DNA from: Tubulanus polymorphus
Taxonomy: Eukaryota; Animalia; Nemertea
Direction: 5' to 3'
Length of the DNA: 64,000 bases
Assembly: GCF_964204645.1 (NCBI RefSeq)
Contig: NC_134033.1
Coordinates: 1,818,131 to 1,882,130, forward strand
Below, in pieces: positions 49,741-63,320 of this stretch. How positions within the stretch are numbered: the stretch's first letter is position 1; each line of letters begins with the position of its first letter. Below the pieces are notes generated by a model. The model worked only from the letters and a program-made list of their open reading frames with translations. It did not search any database and was not told the origin of the DNA. Both the position numbers and the translations under genes were made by a program.

Positions 49741-51149
49741 CTTCTGGTGAAGTAATGAGTAACACACATGCTTTCCATGGTTCTTATAGCCAGCCCCTGA
49801 TTAGATCACTTGGTGCCACATGGCCCGCGCCCACATAGTTTCTTTCAGCATTTCAGTTTTATCAGTCTATTATTATTTTCGATCTGAAACTACCTTATTG
49901 TCGCATTACGCGAGAAAAAAAATCAAAATTGCTGAACGCACAATTAATTCTCGTCCAGAAAACAGAACAGATACAGTAGAAATTTCCTAGTATCTGCCGC
50001 GTACATGTTAACAAATAGGTTATCGGATATAGCTGCTTTGCTACCATATTTATCATTTCTGTTATAAAACTACCTCATAGTTATGATGACATACTAATTT
50101 GATCCGTCGTTTTAATTCCCTACTAAAAAACGAAACATTTTCCTTTGTGGCATAATCATTTTAAAAACCCGATACAGCTGCCTTGCGGCTATATTAGTTA
50201 AAGTCGCTTCTCAGGCCCGCAGACATTGGGATGCGTCGGGTGCTATTGCGCCCTCCCCTACGAAAAAAAATGTTCGCAATTTTACCAATGAAAAAAATTG
50301 TTCTTAAGAAAAATCGGTCCATCTATTTGCTACCCGGCAATCGAAACGTATGTGAGACTGTGTCTCATTGTACAATACTAATATGTCATTTTCATATTTT
50401 ATATTCATTGTTTTGATGTTTTCCGATCAAAGTACCAGAGATATTGAAACCACATGGGCAAAACTACTTCGCAAACCTAACAACTTAAGACCAGTCTTAT
50501 GATTTAAGACCACTTTAGTAGGTCTCGATTGTGGAATAGTGAATCTAGGCCCTGGTCGGGTTATAATACCAGTGCGTCCTGCCACTTTGAAGGGCTGAGC
50601 TTGGCCACCCGATGTCCTTTCGACTGAAGCGAAGAGTCGTATTCAGATATTAGTAAACGTGAATAAACAGCGACTAGTTTTATAGATTGTTATTAACTTC
50701 AACTTTAACCCGAGGGTCAAATCAATTTACCCCCCTCCCACGCCCGGGGTTAAGTTGGTACCGGTTTATAAAACCGCCCCAGGAGCAGATTCCTGAAAGT
50801 TTTCTTTTTTTAAACGATATCATTCGATCTTGCATTTCGTCACACTGCCCTGTCATACCGACATTGTCGCTAATCTGAACACATGTTGGCAAGACATTGT
50901 TTCACTCAAAAATCAATTATATCAAATTCCAACGGCTGAATGTTTAGAAATAGTGAATAGTAACAGCCTGTATTTGTTAGAATCATTTTTTTCACCATTC
51001 AAACTGACTGACACTTCGCGATCCAAAGATAAGACCCATTCATCATCAATGATAAAAAATCACGTTCTTTTCAAACTTGCTCTTGAATAAACCACACAAA
51101 GGCACAATGCAATTCTTCAAATCAAATTTTTTATCTTAGACTCTATATA

Positions 51150-51392
51150 TGTCTGGGAATGAGGCAGGTCTGTCAATGAGCTAGTTCTGGGAATGATCTA
51201 GGTCTGTCAATGAACTAGGTCTGGGAATGATCTAGGTCTGTCAATGAACTAGGTCTGGGAATGATCTAGGTCTGAGAATGAGCTAGGTCTGAGAATGAGC
51301 TAGGTCTGTCAATGAGCTAGGTCTGGGAGTGATCTAGTTCTGAGAATGATCTAGGTCTGGGAATGATCTAGGTCTGAGAATGAGCTAGGCCT
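51150..51392. repeat. 18-bp-class minisatellite (CTAGGTCTGGGAATGAT/G variants)
   Basis: Direct tandem repetition. Confidence 0.85.
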
Positions 51393-52467
51393 GGCATTAG
51401 TTAACAGTCTATTGCTAATAGTTCTAAGAATTTTCTTCGAATTCAGCGACAATTCGAGTCATAAACAATGGAAATTGATTACTTGAATGTAGTGCGAACT
51501 GTTCTAAGATATTTCTTGTGCATTCTAATGAGGACTGGTCCACTTCTTATGTTTGAAATAAATGTTTTATTTCGTTAGACTATGCACAGGGGGTCAGTAT
51601 GGTATTATCATTTGAACCAAACGCTTATAGTTCGGTGGCCAGTGGTGGTCGTGTCCATTGAACCGCATTATGACAAACTCAGTTCATATTGTGTCTTGTT
51701 ATTGGCATCGGTCTTTGAAATCATGTAATACGTGTATTAGGAAAATTATATTCATTCTGTGGATTAGTTTTTAAGATACGTTGAATTCACTATATACGCG
51801 CATATATGTCCAGTCCTTACGTGAGATAACTTTCAATACAGTTTCCAGGCTAAATTATCTCCAGTTACGTTAAATACACCTGATTTGTAAAATCTTATTT
51901 CTTGATCGATGATACAATATGTTCTCAATGAGACTGTATAGTGATTTGTAGTAAGTTTAATCTCCTCAGAGTTCTAAAAGTGTCTGGTATCGTGACAGTC
52001 GTAGAGTTCACTTGACTTTATATATGACATAAAGAGATTCATCTTTGTAAAATCTGAATTTTCCAGCACAGTGCATATGTATATCGTAATTTAAATCCTA
52101 TGGAAGTAGAGAGAGAGAGAGGTGTCTTTGATAACAGGGTAAGTGAGAGATACCTGTGTTTTTTATATACGTAGGGAATTTCCCTGTTATTTATTTGGCT
52201 GGTTAATTTCGTTTGATTTTTTGATTGAGTGTCCCATACAGACCCACCACACCTGCTGTGAGCGAAACAGGGGGTTTGATTTTGAAATCGGAAATCGAAG
52301 TACAAATATAGAGTTGTGTGATCGGCGGTCGGGTTAACAGAATTTTTTTTTTTTTTAAATCGAAGTACATAATTGGAAATTCGGTTCCGGTTCATCCAAA
52401 CAATCTTCCATTCAGTCTGAACCGGCTGTGCAGAGTGAGTCACTGATTACAGGTTACAAGCTTCAAC

Positions 52468-52963
52468 ATGAATTCTACCACTATCCCGACGACTACATTT
52501 GATCCCTGCCACGTCAGCCGGTATCCACCCGTTAGATGGGATCACGTTTTCAGCTATAAGATTTACTTGTACGGATATTTCCCGGCTTCAGTTTTCGGAA
52601 TGTTTCTGAACTCTGTTTCTATTCTAGTATTCAGAAAGATCGGTCGCGACACTTATCAAACTATAATCATTCTCGCCTGGTTTGATTTACTGTTCGTATT
52701 TTCAGTGTTTCTTCTTTATCCACTTCGAATAATAATTATCAAATATCTATCAACAGAATCTAAAAGTTCTCGGCCGTTGGGATGATTGGTATTTTGGACA
52801 CGAAATTATAATTTGGGTTCTACAACTGTTTCATACGTTTCAAATGGCAAAAAATTGGTCCGTAGTCATAATCAATTTTGAAAGACTTCTGGTTGTCGCG
52901 AGTCCGCTGTATTTCAGACGACTCTGGAACAAAAAACATATAATTTTTCTGTCGGTTTTAAAC
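52468..52963 (+). pseudogene. Frameshifted, 3'-truncated paralog of the GPCR at 3716-4816
   Basis: Near-identical through TM1-TM2, frameshift near 52750-52765, resumes WDDWYFGHEIIIWV...ERLLVVASP, and homology ends at FLSVLN (TM4). The upstream 51900-52467 is also partly homologous to 3430-3727. Confidence 0.88.
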
Positions 52964-53017
52964 GCCGGTTACATGTACATGGTACGTTACATGTTAGAAT
53001 GTTTTCCTAACACAATC

Positions 53018-53200
53018 GGGCGGACCGGATGGCTTAGTCGGTCGGCGACTAGCGTGTCACCGCTGTGGCCCGGGTTCGAGTCTCGGAGGAGGCGGGTCAG
53101 GATGTGGCAAATGATCTCCGGTAAGCGGGCGAGTCGAGAGTACTGTCCTCCCTGGAATGAGGTTGCTAATGCGTGAGTCCTACAGAATAACTGGTGTGGG
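53018..53200 (+). mobile_element. tRNA-derived SINE head
   Basis: A-box TGGCTTAGTCGG and B-box GGTTCGAGTC, with no complete acceptor stem. Confidence 0.6.
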
Positions 53201-54653
53201 GTAAATTATGTTTAATTCAGTCGTTTCTGGCTGAATTATTTATTTATCCCACAATACCGGTCCAGGTTGCGGAGTAATTCCCCCAGGGACCTTCGACTTT
53301 TTTACAATATTAGTTTGTTATTTTAAGTTTAGTGGTGAGGGTTTGGGAAATTTTTTTTATATTTATTCAATTCCTCGAACTGAAGAAATCCAAGCGACTA
53401 TTCGGTGCAAGCAGCGCGCGCGGTGATCAATCACAGTTCTTTCTCAACTGATGATAAAACTTTGATAATTTTTTAACTTCACCAGATTTCAGTTAAAGAA
53501 GATGTGTACGCGGCGATGTCTGGTGAACTTGTGTATAAATTCGGATTGAAAACGACTCTATCCAATAGAGAATTACTCACTGGAGACCTGTCATACGCTC
53601 TACTACACAATAGTGCCGCGTGACTGCACAAATCCTTAAGCAAACTTCGATATCCTAAAGCAAAACTCGAAAATAGTAAAATTGAGCCGGTATTATAGTT
53701 CAAAACCAGACGTAAATAGAAGGGAAATCTACACTAAAGTTTGTTGGATAGTTTAGATAAAATTTCAGCATACAATTTTAGGCTAAAATCGTAGCATTCG
53801 ATATTTCTATCTTAAACAATATGTGCCTCTATGAATAGTCGAATTAAACTCGATGACCTGTAGGCCCCATTGAAAATGTTTGGCTCGAATTGAATGGTTC
53901 TGTCGGATTAGCGTCACGGACTCGGGTCTGTCACAGGAATGCGCGATCGAGCTTTCTGATTGATCCATTCCGGTCGCATCGATGATGCACCGTCGTTGAT
54001 TGGTTGACGTAGGTATTAGAAGCGCGGTTCGAGCCTCCCGACGCCAGTCCGAGAACCGATGTCCAGTGATGAAGGTCGTCCTATAACAGCTCTGCAACAA
54101 GGCGTGAAGAACGTGTGGCTTCAAGCAAACAACCTACTAATAAGCGGCTGATGATGTTAGGAGAGACTGGAACGTGAAGGAATTTGTGACGCCTAGCGAT
54201 TGAGAACGTACGATGAGACTGGCGGCTGTTGATGGAGATCCCGATACTGCTGCTGCTGTTACTGGTGTTGCTGCTGCTGTTGATGTCGGATTTCAACAAC
54301 AAACAGATGACGGCTAATTTGCTGATGAAGACGTGTTGCTGTTGTCGCTGATTTCCGATGTTCAATTTCACACACATTTATACATTATGAATATTGTGTC
54401 TTTTTAGGGTTAAACCGAAACCAGTTCGCTACTACATGTACACAACTCGTTTGTCGCAACGTCCTGGACTAGTCTACTGCTGCTGCTGCATTGGGAACCG
54501 CATCAACCCACATTTTGCTGTTTCGGTATCTTTACATTAAGATAAGGTAATTATATTAAACTACACCCATCCGTACATTTTGCATATTCAATCTTCATTA
54601 GCTTGACGATTATCCGATTTGTTTTTCAGCCGGCAATATTTGAGTTACATCAA

Positions 54654-54905
54654 CATCTCCAAACCTCGAGACGCAGACTCTACTCCGACTACAGCACCAT
54701 CTCCAAACCTCGAGACGCAGACTCTACTCCGACTACAGCACCATCTTCAAACCTCGAGACGCAGACTCTACTCCGACTAAAGCACCATCTTCAAACCTCG
54801 AGACGCAGACTCTACTCCGACTACAGCACCATCTTCAAACCTCGAGACGCAGACTCTACTCCGACTAAAGCACCATCTTCAAACCTCGTGACGCAGACTC
54901 TACTC
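54654..54905. repeat. 44-bp minisatellite (about 5.7 copies)
   Basis: CATCTTCAAACCTCGAGACGCAGACTCTACTCCGACTACAGCAC is repeated. Confidence 0.9.
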
Positions 54906-55419
54906 ATTATTTCGTTTTGCCGCATGTAACGTAACGTAAATAAATAAACGTCCATAATAAAATGCTCTCTTTAATAAAATCTCTTCGTCTCGGGCACTTT
55001 GCCCCCGGAAAGGACTCTTCCCTCTCACAACTTCCTGCCCCGGAAAGGACTCTTCCGCTCACGTTCAAGGAAAGGACAAAGTCAAAAAGGAAGACAAATA
55101 AAGGAATCTGTTACAGCTTGTTTGCAAAAGTAAAATTCAACATTTTATTGAAACGAACAAATTCAAAATTCAACATTTTATTTAATCAACAACCAATTCA
55201 ACATTTTATTTATCACCAATAAAATATAATTAAGGGATTTGAACCACCAACCATTCGACTAGCAGTCCAGCACCCTACCCACTACGCTATAGGGACGTAC
55301 TGACAGCCTGCAAGGGAACTCATATTTATCCATTGCTTAAGCAAATTTTATCAAAAAAATAATGCCATCTACCGGGCGAGACAGGAACTACATAGTTCCT
55401 ATCACAACCCGGTAGATGG

Positions 55420-55900
55420 TGGAGAATGAGACCAGAGTAAGGAGAGGAGAATTAAAGAGTGAGAGAGATTGAGAATGAGATGAGGATGAGACTATGAGAA
55501 TGAGAGTGAGATGAGGATGAGAATGAGAGAGTGAGATGAGAATTAAAGAGTGAGAGAGATTGAGAATGAGATGAGGATGAGACTATGAGAATGAGAGTGA
55601 GATGAGGATGAGAATGAGAGAGTGAGATGAGAATGAGACAAAGAGATGAGAATGAGAGAGTGAGATGAGAATGAGACAAAGAGATGAGAATGAGAGAGTG
55701 AGATGAGAATGAGACTATGAGAATGAGACAAAGAGATGAGAATGAGAGAGTGCGATGAGGATGAGACTATGAGAATGAGAATGAGAGATGAGAATGAGAG
55801 AGTGAGATGAGGATGAGACTATGAGAATGAGAGAGAGAGATGAGAATGAGAGATGAGAATGAGAGAGAGAGAGATGAGAATGAGAGATAGAGACAGAGAG
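55420..55900. repeat. GA-rich simple repeat (GAGAAT/GAGAT)
   Basis: Low-complexity purine tract. Confidence 0.9.
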
Positions 55901-56071
55901 GGGATTGTATATCACCTGAACTTCTATGTTCCCCGTTGTTTTCTATCCGGCAGATTGTAGATGCCGTCAGTAGTTTACAGTTTTACAGTTTTTAGTTCAA
56001 ACAGATATTTATCCCATCAGCAGCAAAGTCACCACATAGTTAGTCCTCGTGGACATAAAGTTCACTATAAC

Positions 56072-59000
56072 TGAAGTCAAGTTCTCCCAATATTTGTTCA
56101 TTTGTTTGTTTATCCTCCTGGTGAGTTCTAACACTGCCCACACATATTTTATCCAGTTCATCTGATGTAGTCCTGATCATCAAACACAAACGTCAATAAT
56201 TCCATCCTAATGATGAGAACAATTCTAAAAGATATAAACGAAACTTAATAGATTTGAGGCAACCAATCAGTTATACACAGTGTAAGAGTTAAGTAAAGTT
56301 ACTGGTGTATCAAAGAAATGGCAATCCAAGGTAGGCTACTCCCAAAATAAGTGTCAGGGGTCAAATATTTTTTGTCTTCGATTTTGATGAAATTCAGTAT
56401 AGACATGTATTCTTGGGTGCTGATCGCAAATCTGAACGAATTTTCCGGATCCGAGGCCCAGAAAATGAGAAATTCGAATTTTTGGGGGGACCCCCTAAAT
56501 TTCCAAAAGGCCTTGGACCCCAGAGTTTTCGAGATATTCAAAATCTGATTGCAGATTTGGAATCAGCACCCCTGAGAATATAAAGGACTAAAATTTCAAG
56601 CAAATCGAAGAGATTCGGTTTTTTGGCCAAAAATGGCAAAAATCTAAGGCAGGAGTTTTTTTTCGGCGAAAAATTTTTTTTCTCTGATTCCTTCTAAAAT
56701 TGGTAGGAATATGTATTCTGAGGTGTAGATTCCGGATCCGCAATCAGATTTTGAATCGGAATTCATCTTCATGGGCAAATAAGGGTTTTAATGTCCAAAA
56801 TATGCACCCCAAAAATGGGGTACAAAGTCAAAATTTTTTTTTGGCCCAATTTTGATGAAACTTAGTGCAGACATGTTTTTTGGGGTGCTCATTACAAATA
56901 TGAGGTTAGATTTTGGATCCGAGGCAACTAAAATGAGATATTCAGGATTTCGTGTATTGACCTCCTCAATTTCGTCACAAATTTTGATGATTCGCCCGCG
57001 AAATTCGGTCCAAAAAAGATTTTTATTCAATTATGTCAAATATTCAATTAATTTTTAAGGTAGAAATTGATGCTCTTTCTAAAAACCCTGAATTATAATT
57101 CCTGCTACACAATTACAGGCTGCTTCAAATAACCACATTGACAAATCTTATGAAATGCAGTAAACAGTGTTTACAGATAAACTGCTTTCTCATAATTGTT
57201 TTGGAAACTTATAAGAAATTCTACTCACACACTCACTAGCCCTTGTCTAGCAGTAATGGTAGTCCACCGAGTTCCACAAATCCACATACAGAGTTCCACA
57301 CCTCCTGGAGTCCACCACAGCCTGTTTTTTATGAGTATCAATCCACTTTAGTCCGGTTAGTTGACTAAATAGTCCAGTTAGTTCACAAATAGTCTGGTAA
57401 GTTCACGTATAGTCCAGTTAGTTCACTAATAGTCCGGTTAGTTGACTAGTAGTCCAGTTAGTTGACTAGTAGTCCGGAAGAAGTTGACTGAAGAAGTAAA
57501 ACTGTGATGAATTTCAGTTGAAGTCCACATCCAGTATTCGTGATGAAGTTTACACACGACAGCCCGACAGGAAAACCTGAAATATAAAATTGAAATCACA
57601 TTAACAGGAAGACTGACTGAGAGGTTGGGGGAGGATGGGGTGATGAGGTTGTGGGAGGATGGGGTGAGAGGTTGAGGGAGGATTGGGTGAGAGGTTGAGG
57701 GAGGATGGGGTGAGAGGTTGAGGGAGGATGGGGTGAGAGGTTGAGGGAGGATGGGGTGAGAGGTTGAGGGAGGATGGGGTGAGAGGTTGCGGGAGGATGG
57801 GGTGATGAGGTTGAGGGTGGATGGGTGAAAAGGGAAGCAAAACAGTACAATTACTCTGACAAAGTAAAGGCTTAAGCAAAAGTTTTCAGCAGTTTTCAGT
57901 ACGACACTGGATTAACAGATTCTCGTTTTACACAAGAGCCCAGCCTGTGGCAGTGGGAGAAAGCTGGTGTAACTAACTGGTCGAGTCAGCTGGCCTTAAT
58001 CTGCTGAACAAGATGTGGTGCCGGAGGAAGTTGAAGGTGAAACTATCGCCTGCACCATGTGCAATGCAAGCGGCTAGGGTAGTGCGGCCCGTGTAGGCTA
58101 GAAAGTGGTTTTTGACACCGAGTGAGGTCCCTGTTAGTCTAGTACCTAGCTGTCGTTCCCTTAACAACCCGGAACTCGTAGTAACAACGACTGACTGATT
58201 CAGACTAAATTTGAGTAGGTCCCGGCCTCACTAGTAACTGACTGTCGAAGTGTCTGCGAAGTCACTGGGTCTGGAGTGAGTGAGGTCACCCTAAAGTGTG
58301 TGTACCTGAGGACATGAAAATGAAACATCATGAATGAATTCTTATCTTTTTTACCAATATCAAAATTCGCACATTTAGAATCATCGCGGCTTTAAAGTCT
58401 TTATCAATTGAAGGAATAGTTCACTGTAAATAAAGAATTAGCGATTGAATTGAGCCCGCTCCACAGTAAAATAGCGCGATCAATTCAATCTCGACCGTCT
58501 AGTGCTGCCGCTATATATAACGATAGCGTGGAAAATGTGAACTAACATAATACTCGCTTGCCAGAGTCTTCGAACGGCAGGAGTGGACGAACTAATTACC
58601 GATTTGCGGGCCGGATTCCGAGGAAAATTCTCAAACTCTGAAAACTGCTCTGAAACGTTCGAACCAAACAATTTTTCTATAAAAGAATGAGCTTTAAAAG
58701 AGTTAATTTGAATCAGGGTATTTATAGTATGGTCTGGGAGAGAGCGATAGGTGTTTGTATGTTCCCTGTTTATTTGCGCGCAAATAGACTTTATCGAAGA
58801 AAAAATATGGACATTTTGTCAATTCTGATGATAAATTATCATTAAAAAATGAAAATGAATAATTTATTCAGTATACAAATACTATATTAATTGATAAGTA
58901 AGTGAATTTTAGCTAAAAAGAATTAAATATGTTACCTAAAAAATAAGGAAATATCATACAAAATTCAGAACGTATTCATAGTATCATATTTAATCAGAAT

Positions 59001-62000
59001 TAGACGACACACTGGTCCGTATTGTACGTAATAAGGACATTTAAATTCCGGCGGTAAATATGCGCTATTTTAGTTCGCAGAAATTCCGCTATCGTTATTC
59101 ATAGGGGCAGCACTGTACGGTAAATATTTTACTCAGCCTCGCGATCTTACTGTGGCATGCGAGCAATACAGATATTTTTCTTAGCCGAATTTCGTTGATT
59201 ATCTAATACGATTCCATTGTATATGAATAATTCTACTATCGTTTAAGGTTTTTCGAAGGGGATCATCTTTTTAAAACGAATTTTAAACCATTTTTGATAG
59301 AACTCTTTTGTCTGCGGAATGTATTAGCATCCGGTAAAGCGGTAGGCTCACATGCCAAAGGAAGAACTTCAAGCAAATTAAATTCTATTCTCTAAAATAG
59401 TGCATTCAACTACCACTAACACTGTAACCAGAAATAATGCTCGGAAACTATTAAAGAATAATGCTTAAGAGTAAATTTGAAGTCAAGTTATCCCAATATT
59501 TGTTCGTTTGTTTGTTTATCCTCCCGGTGAGTTCTAACACTGCCCACACATATTTATCCAGTTCATCTGATCCTGATCATCAAACTCAAAATAATTCCAT
59601 CCTAATGATGACAAACATCCTAAAAGATATAAAAGAAACTTAATAGATTTGATGCCACCAATCAGTTATACACAGTGTAAGAGTTAAGTAAAGTTACTGG
59701 TGTATCAGAGAAATGGCAATCTAAGGTAGGCTACTCCCAAAATGAGTGTCAGGGGTCAAATATTTTTTGTCTCCGATTTTGATGAAATTCCGTTCAGACA
59801 TGTATTAAGGGGTGCTGATCGCAAATCTGAACGAATTTTCCGGATCCGAGGCCCAGAAAATGAGAAATTCGAATTTTTGGGGGGACCCCTAAATTTTCAA
59901 AAGGCCTTGGACCCCAGAGTTATCGAGATATTCAAAATCTGATTGCAGATTTGGAATCCGCATCCCTAAAAATATAAAGGACTAAAATATCAAGCAAATC
60001 GAAGAGATTCGATTTTTTGGCCAAAAATGGCAAAAATCTAAGGTGTAAGTCCAGGAGTTTTTTTTCAGCGAAAAACTTTTTTTCTCCGATTCCTTCAAAA
60101 TTTTGTAGGAATATGTATTCTGAGGTGTAGATTACGGATCCGCAATCAGATTTTGAATCGGAATTCATCTTCATGAGCAAATAAGGGTTTGAATGCCCAA
60201 AATATGCACCCCAAAAATGGGGTACAAAGTCAAAATTTTTTTTTTGGCCCAATTTTAATGAAATTTAGTGCAGACATGTTTTTTGGGGTGCTGATTACAA
60301 ATATGAGGTTAGATTTTGGATCCGAGGTTCCTAAAATGAGATATTCAGGATTTCGTGTTTTGACCCCCTTAATTTCGTCACAACTTTTGATGAAATTCGC
60401 GAAATTCGGTCCTAAAACGATTTTTATTCAATTATGTCAAATATCCAATTAATTTTTAAGGTAGAAATTGATGCTCTATCTAAAAACCCTGAATTATAAT
60501 TCCTGCAACACAATTACAGGCTGCTTCAAATAACCCCATTGCTATTCTTATGAAATGCAGTAAACAGTGTTTACAGATAAACTGCTTTCTCATAATTGTT
60601 TTGGAAACTTATAAGAAATTCTACTCACACACTCACTAGCCCTTGTCTAGCAGTAATGGTAGTCCACCGAGTTCCACAAAAACCTCCTGGAGTCCACCAT
60701 TGACTGTTTTTTATGAGTATCAATCCACTTATAGTCCGGTTAGTTGACTAAATAGTCCAGTTAGTTCACATATAGTCTGGTAAGTTCACGTATAGTCCAG
60801 TTAGTTCACTAATAGTCCGGTTAGTTGACTAGTAGTCCAGTTAGTTGACTAGTAGTCCGGAAGAAGTTGACTGACCACGTCCAGTATTCATGATGAAGTT
60901 TACACACGACAGCCCGACAGGAAAACCTGAAATAAAATTGAAATCACATTAACAGGGAGACTGACTGAGAGGTTGGGAGAGGATGGGGTGAGAGGTTTGG
61001 GGAGGAGGGGGTGATGAGGTTGGGGGAGGATGGGGTGATGAGGTTGGGGAGGATGGGGTGAGAGGTTGGGGAGGATGGGGTGAGAGGTGGGGGGAGGTTG
61101 GGGTGAGGTTGAGGGAGAATGGGGTGAGAGGTTGAGGGAGGATGGGGTGATGACGATGGGGGAGGATGGGGTGAGAGGTTGGGGGAGGATGATGTGAGAG
61201 GTTGGGGAGGATGGGATGAGAGGTGGGGGCAGGATGGGATGAGGTTGGGGGAGGAGGGGGTGATGAGGTTGGGGGAGGATGGGGTGAGAGGTTGGGGGAG
61301 GATGGGGTGAGAGGTTGGGGAGGATGGGGTGAGAGGTGGGGGGAGGTTGGGGTGAGGTTGAGGGAGAATGGGGTGAGAGGTTGAGGGAGGATGGGGTGAT
61401 GACGATGGGGGAGGATGGGGTGAGAGGTTGGGGAGGATGGGATGAGAGGTGGGGGCAGGATGGGATGAGGTTGGGGGAGGAGGGGGTGATGAGGTTGGAG
61501 ACAATGGGGTGATGAGGTTGGGGGAGGACGGGGTGAGAGGTTGGGGAGGATGATGTGAGAGGTTGGGGGAGGATGGGATGAGAGGTTGGGGGAGGTTGGG
61601 GTGATGAGGTTGGGGGAGGATGGGATGAGAGGTGGGGGGAGGATGGGGTGATGAGGTTGAGGGAGGATGGGTGAAAAGGGAGGCAAAACAGTACAATTAC
61701 TCTGACAAAGTAAAGGCTGAGGCAAAAGTTTTCAGCAGTTTTCAGTCACACTGGATTAACAGATTCTCGTTTTACACAAGAGCCCAGCCTGTGGCAGTGG
61801 GAGAAAGCCGTTGTAACTAACTGGTCGAGTCAGCTGGTCTCAACCAACAAGATTTGTGAAACTATCACCTGCACCATGTGCAATGCAAGCGGCCTGGGTA
61901 GTGCGGCCCGTGTAGGCTAGAAAGTGGTTATTGACACCGAGTGAGGTCCCTGTTAGCCTAGCACCTAGCCGTCGTTCCCCGAACAACCCGGAACAGGTAG

Positions 62001-63320
62001 TGTAACAAAGACTGGCAGATTCAAAATAAATTTAGTAGGTCCCTCACCAGTGACAGTGTCGTGACGACGTGTCTATCTTGCGCCGAAGTCAACTGGAGAC
62101 TGGAGTGAGGTCCCCCTGTGCGTCCCTGTGTGAGGATATGAAATATCATGAATTCTTGTCTTTTTACCCAATATCAAAATTCGTACATCTAAAATCATCG
62201 TGGCTTTAACGTCTTTATCAATTGAGTTCGAACTGTAAATAAAGATTTAGCGATTGAATTGAGCCCGCTCCACAGTAAAAATTGCGCGATCAACACAATC
62301 TCGACCGTCTAGTGCTGCCGCTACGTAAAAGGATAGCGTGGAAAACGTGAACTAACATAATACTCGCTTGCCAGAGCCTTCGAACGGCAGTAGTGGACGA
62401 ACTAATTACCGATTTGCGGGCCGGATTCCGAGGAAAATTCTCAAATTCTGGAAACTGTTCTGAAACGTTTGAACCAAACAATTTTTCTATAAAAGAATGA
62501 GCCTTAAAAGAGTAAACTTGAATCGGAATATTTCTAGTATGGTCGGTGAGAGAGCGACAGGTGTTTGTATGTTCCCTGATTATTTGCGCGCAATTAGAAT
62601 ATATTGAAGAGAAAATATGTACATTTTGTCAATTCAGATGATAAATCATCATTCCAAAATGCAAATAAATAATCAATTCTGCATATAAATACTATATTGA
62701 TTGATAAGTAAGTGAATTTAAGCTAAAAAGAAATATAAGAAATATGTTACCTAAAAATTAAGGCAATATCATACAAAATTCATAAAGTATTCATAGTATC
62801 ATATTTAATCAGAATTAGACGACACACTGGTCCGTATTGTACGTAATAAGTAAATTAAAATTCCGGTGGTAAATATGCGCCACTATTTTAGTTCACAGAA
62901 ATTCCGCTTTTGTAATTTCTAGGGGCAGCACTGTACGGAAAATATCTGACTCAGCCTCGCAATCTTACTGTGGCATGCGAGTAATAAAGATATTTTTTTT
63001 AGCCGAATTTCATTCAATGTTTAATACGATTCCATTGTATATGGATATTTCTACTCTCATTTAGGGTTTTTTGAAGGGGATCATCTTTTTAAAACGAACT
63101 TCAAACCATTTTTGATAGAACTCTTTTGTCAGCGGAATGTATTAGCATCCGGTAAAGCGATAGGCTCACATGCCAAAGGAAGAATTTCAAGCAAATTAAA
63201 TTTTATTCTCTAAAATAGTGCATTCAACAACCACTAAGACTGTAACCAGGAAAAAATGCTCTGAAACTATTAAAGAAACAATCTTCTATGAAAGAATTAG
63301 GCTTAAGAGTACATTTGAAT
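56072..63320. repeat. Tandem duplication of a 3.4-3.8 kb composite unit (56072-59477 and 59478-63320)
   Basis: Colinear homology along the whole unit; the copies differ mainly in the length of a G-rich repeat (57615-57830 versus 60970-61675). Confidence 0.9.

Noticed and set aside
53860-53900. PIENVW, resembling the Tc1 transposase motif
   Set aside because: No preceding SPDLN and no other DDE motifs; probably chance.
55230-55300. tRNA gene on the minus strand
   Set aside because: A- and B-box-like sequences are present but there is no complete acceptor stem; more likely a SINE or tRNA remnant. The same applies to 40930-41000 and 53018-53095.
55452-61725. Ser/His-rich and Pro-rich ORFs (up to 258 aa)
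   Set aside because: Low-complexity repeats open in several frames; length differs between the duplicated copies.
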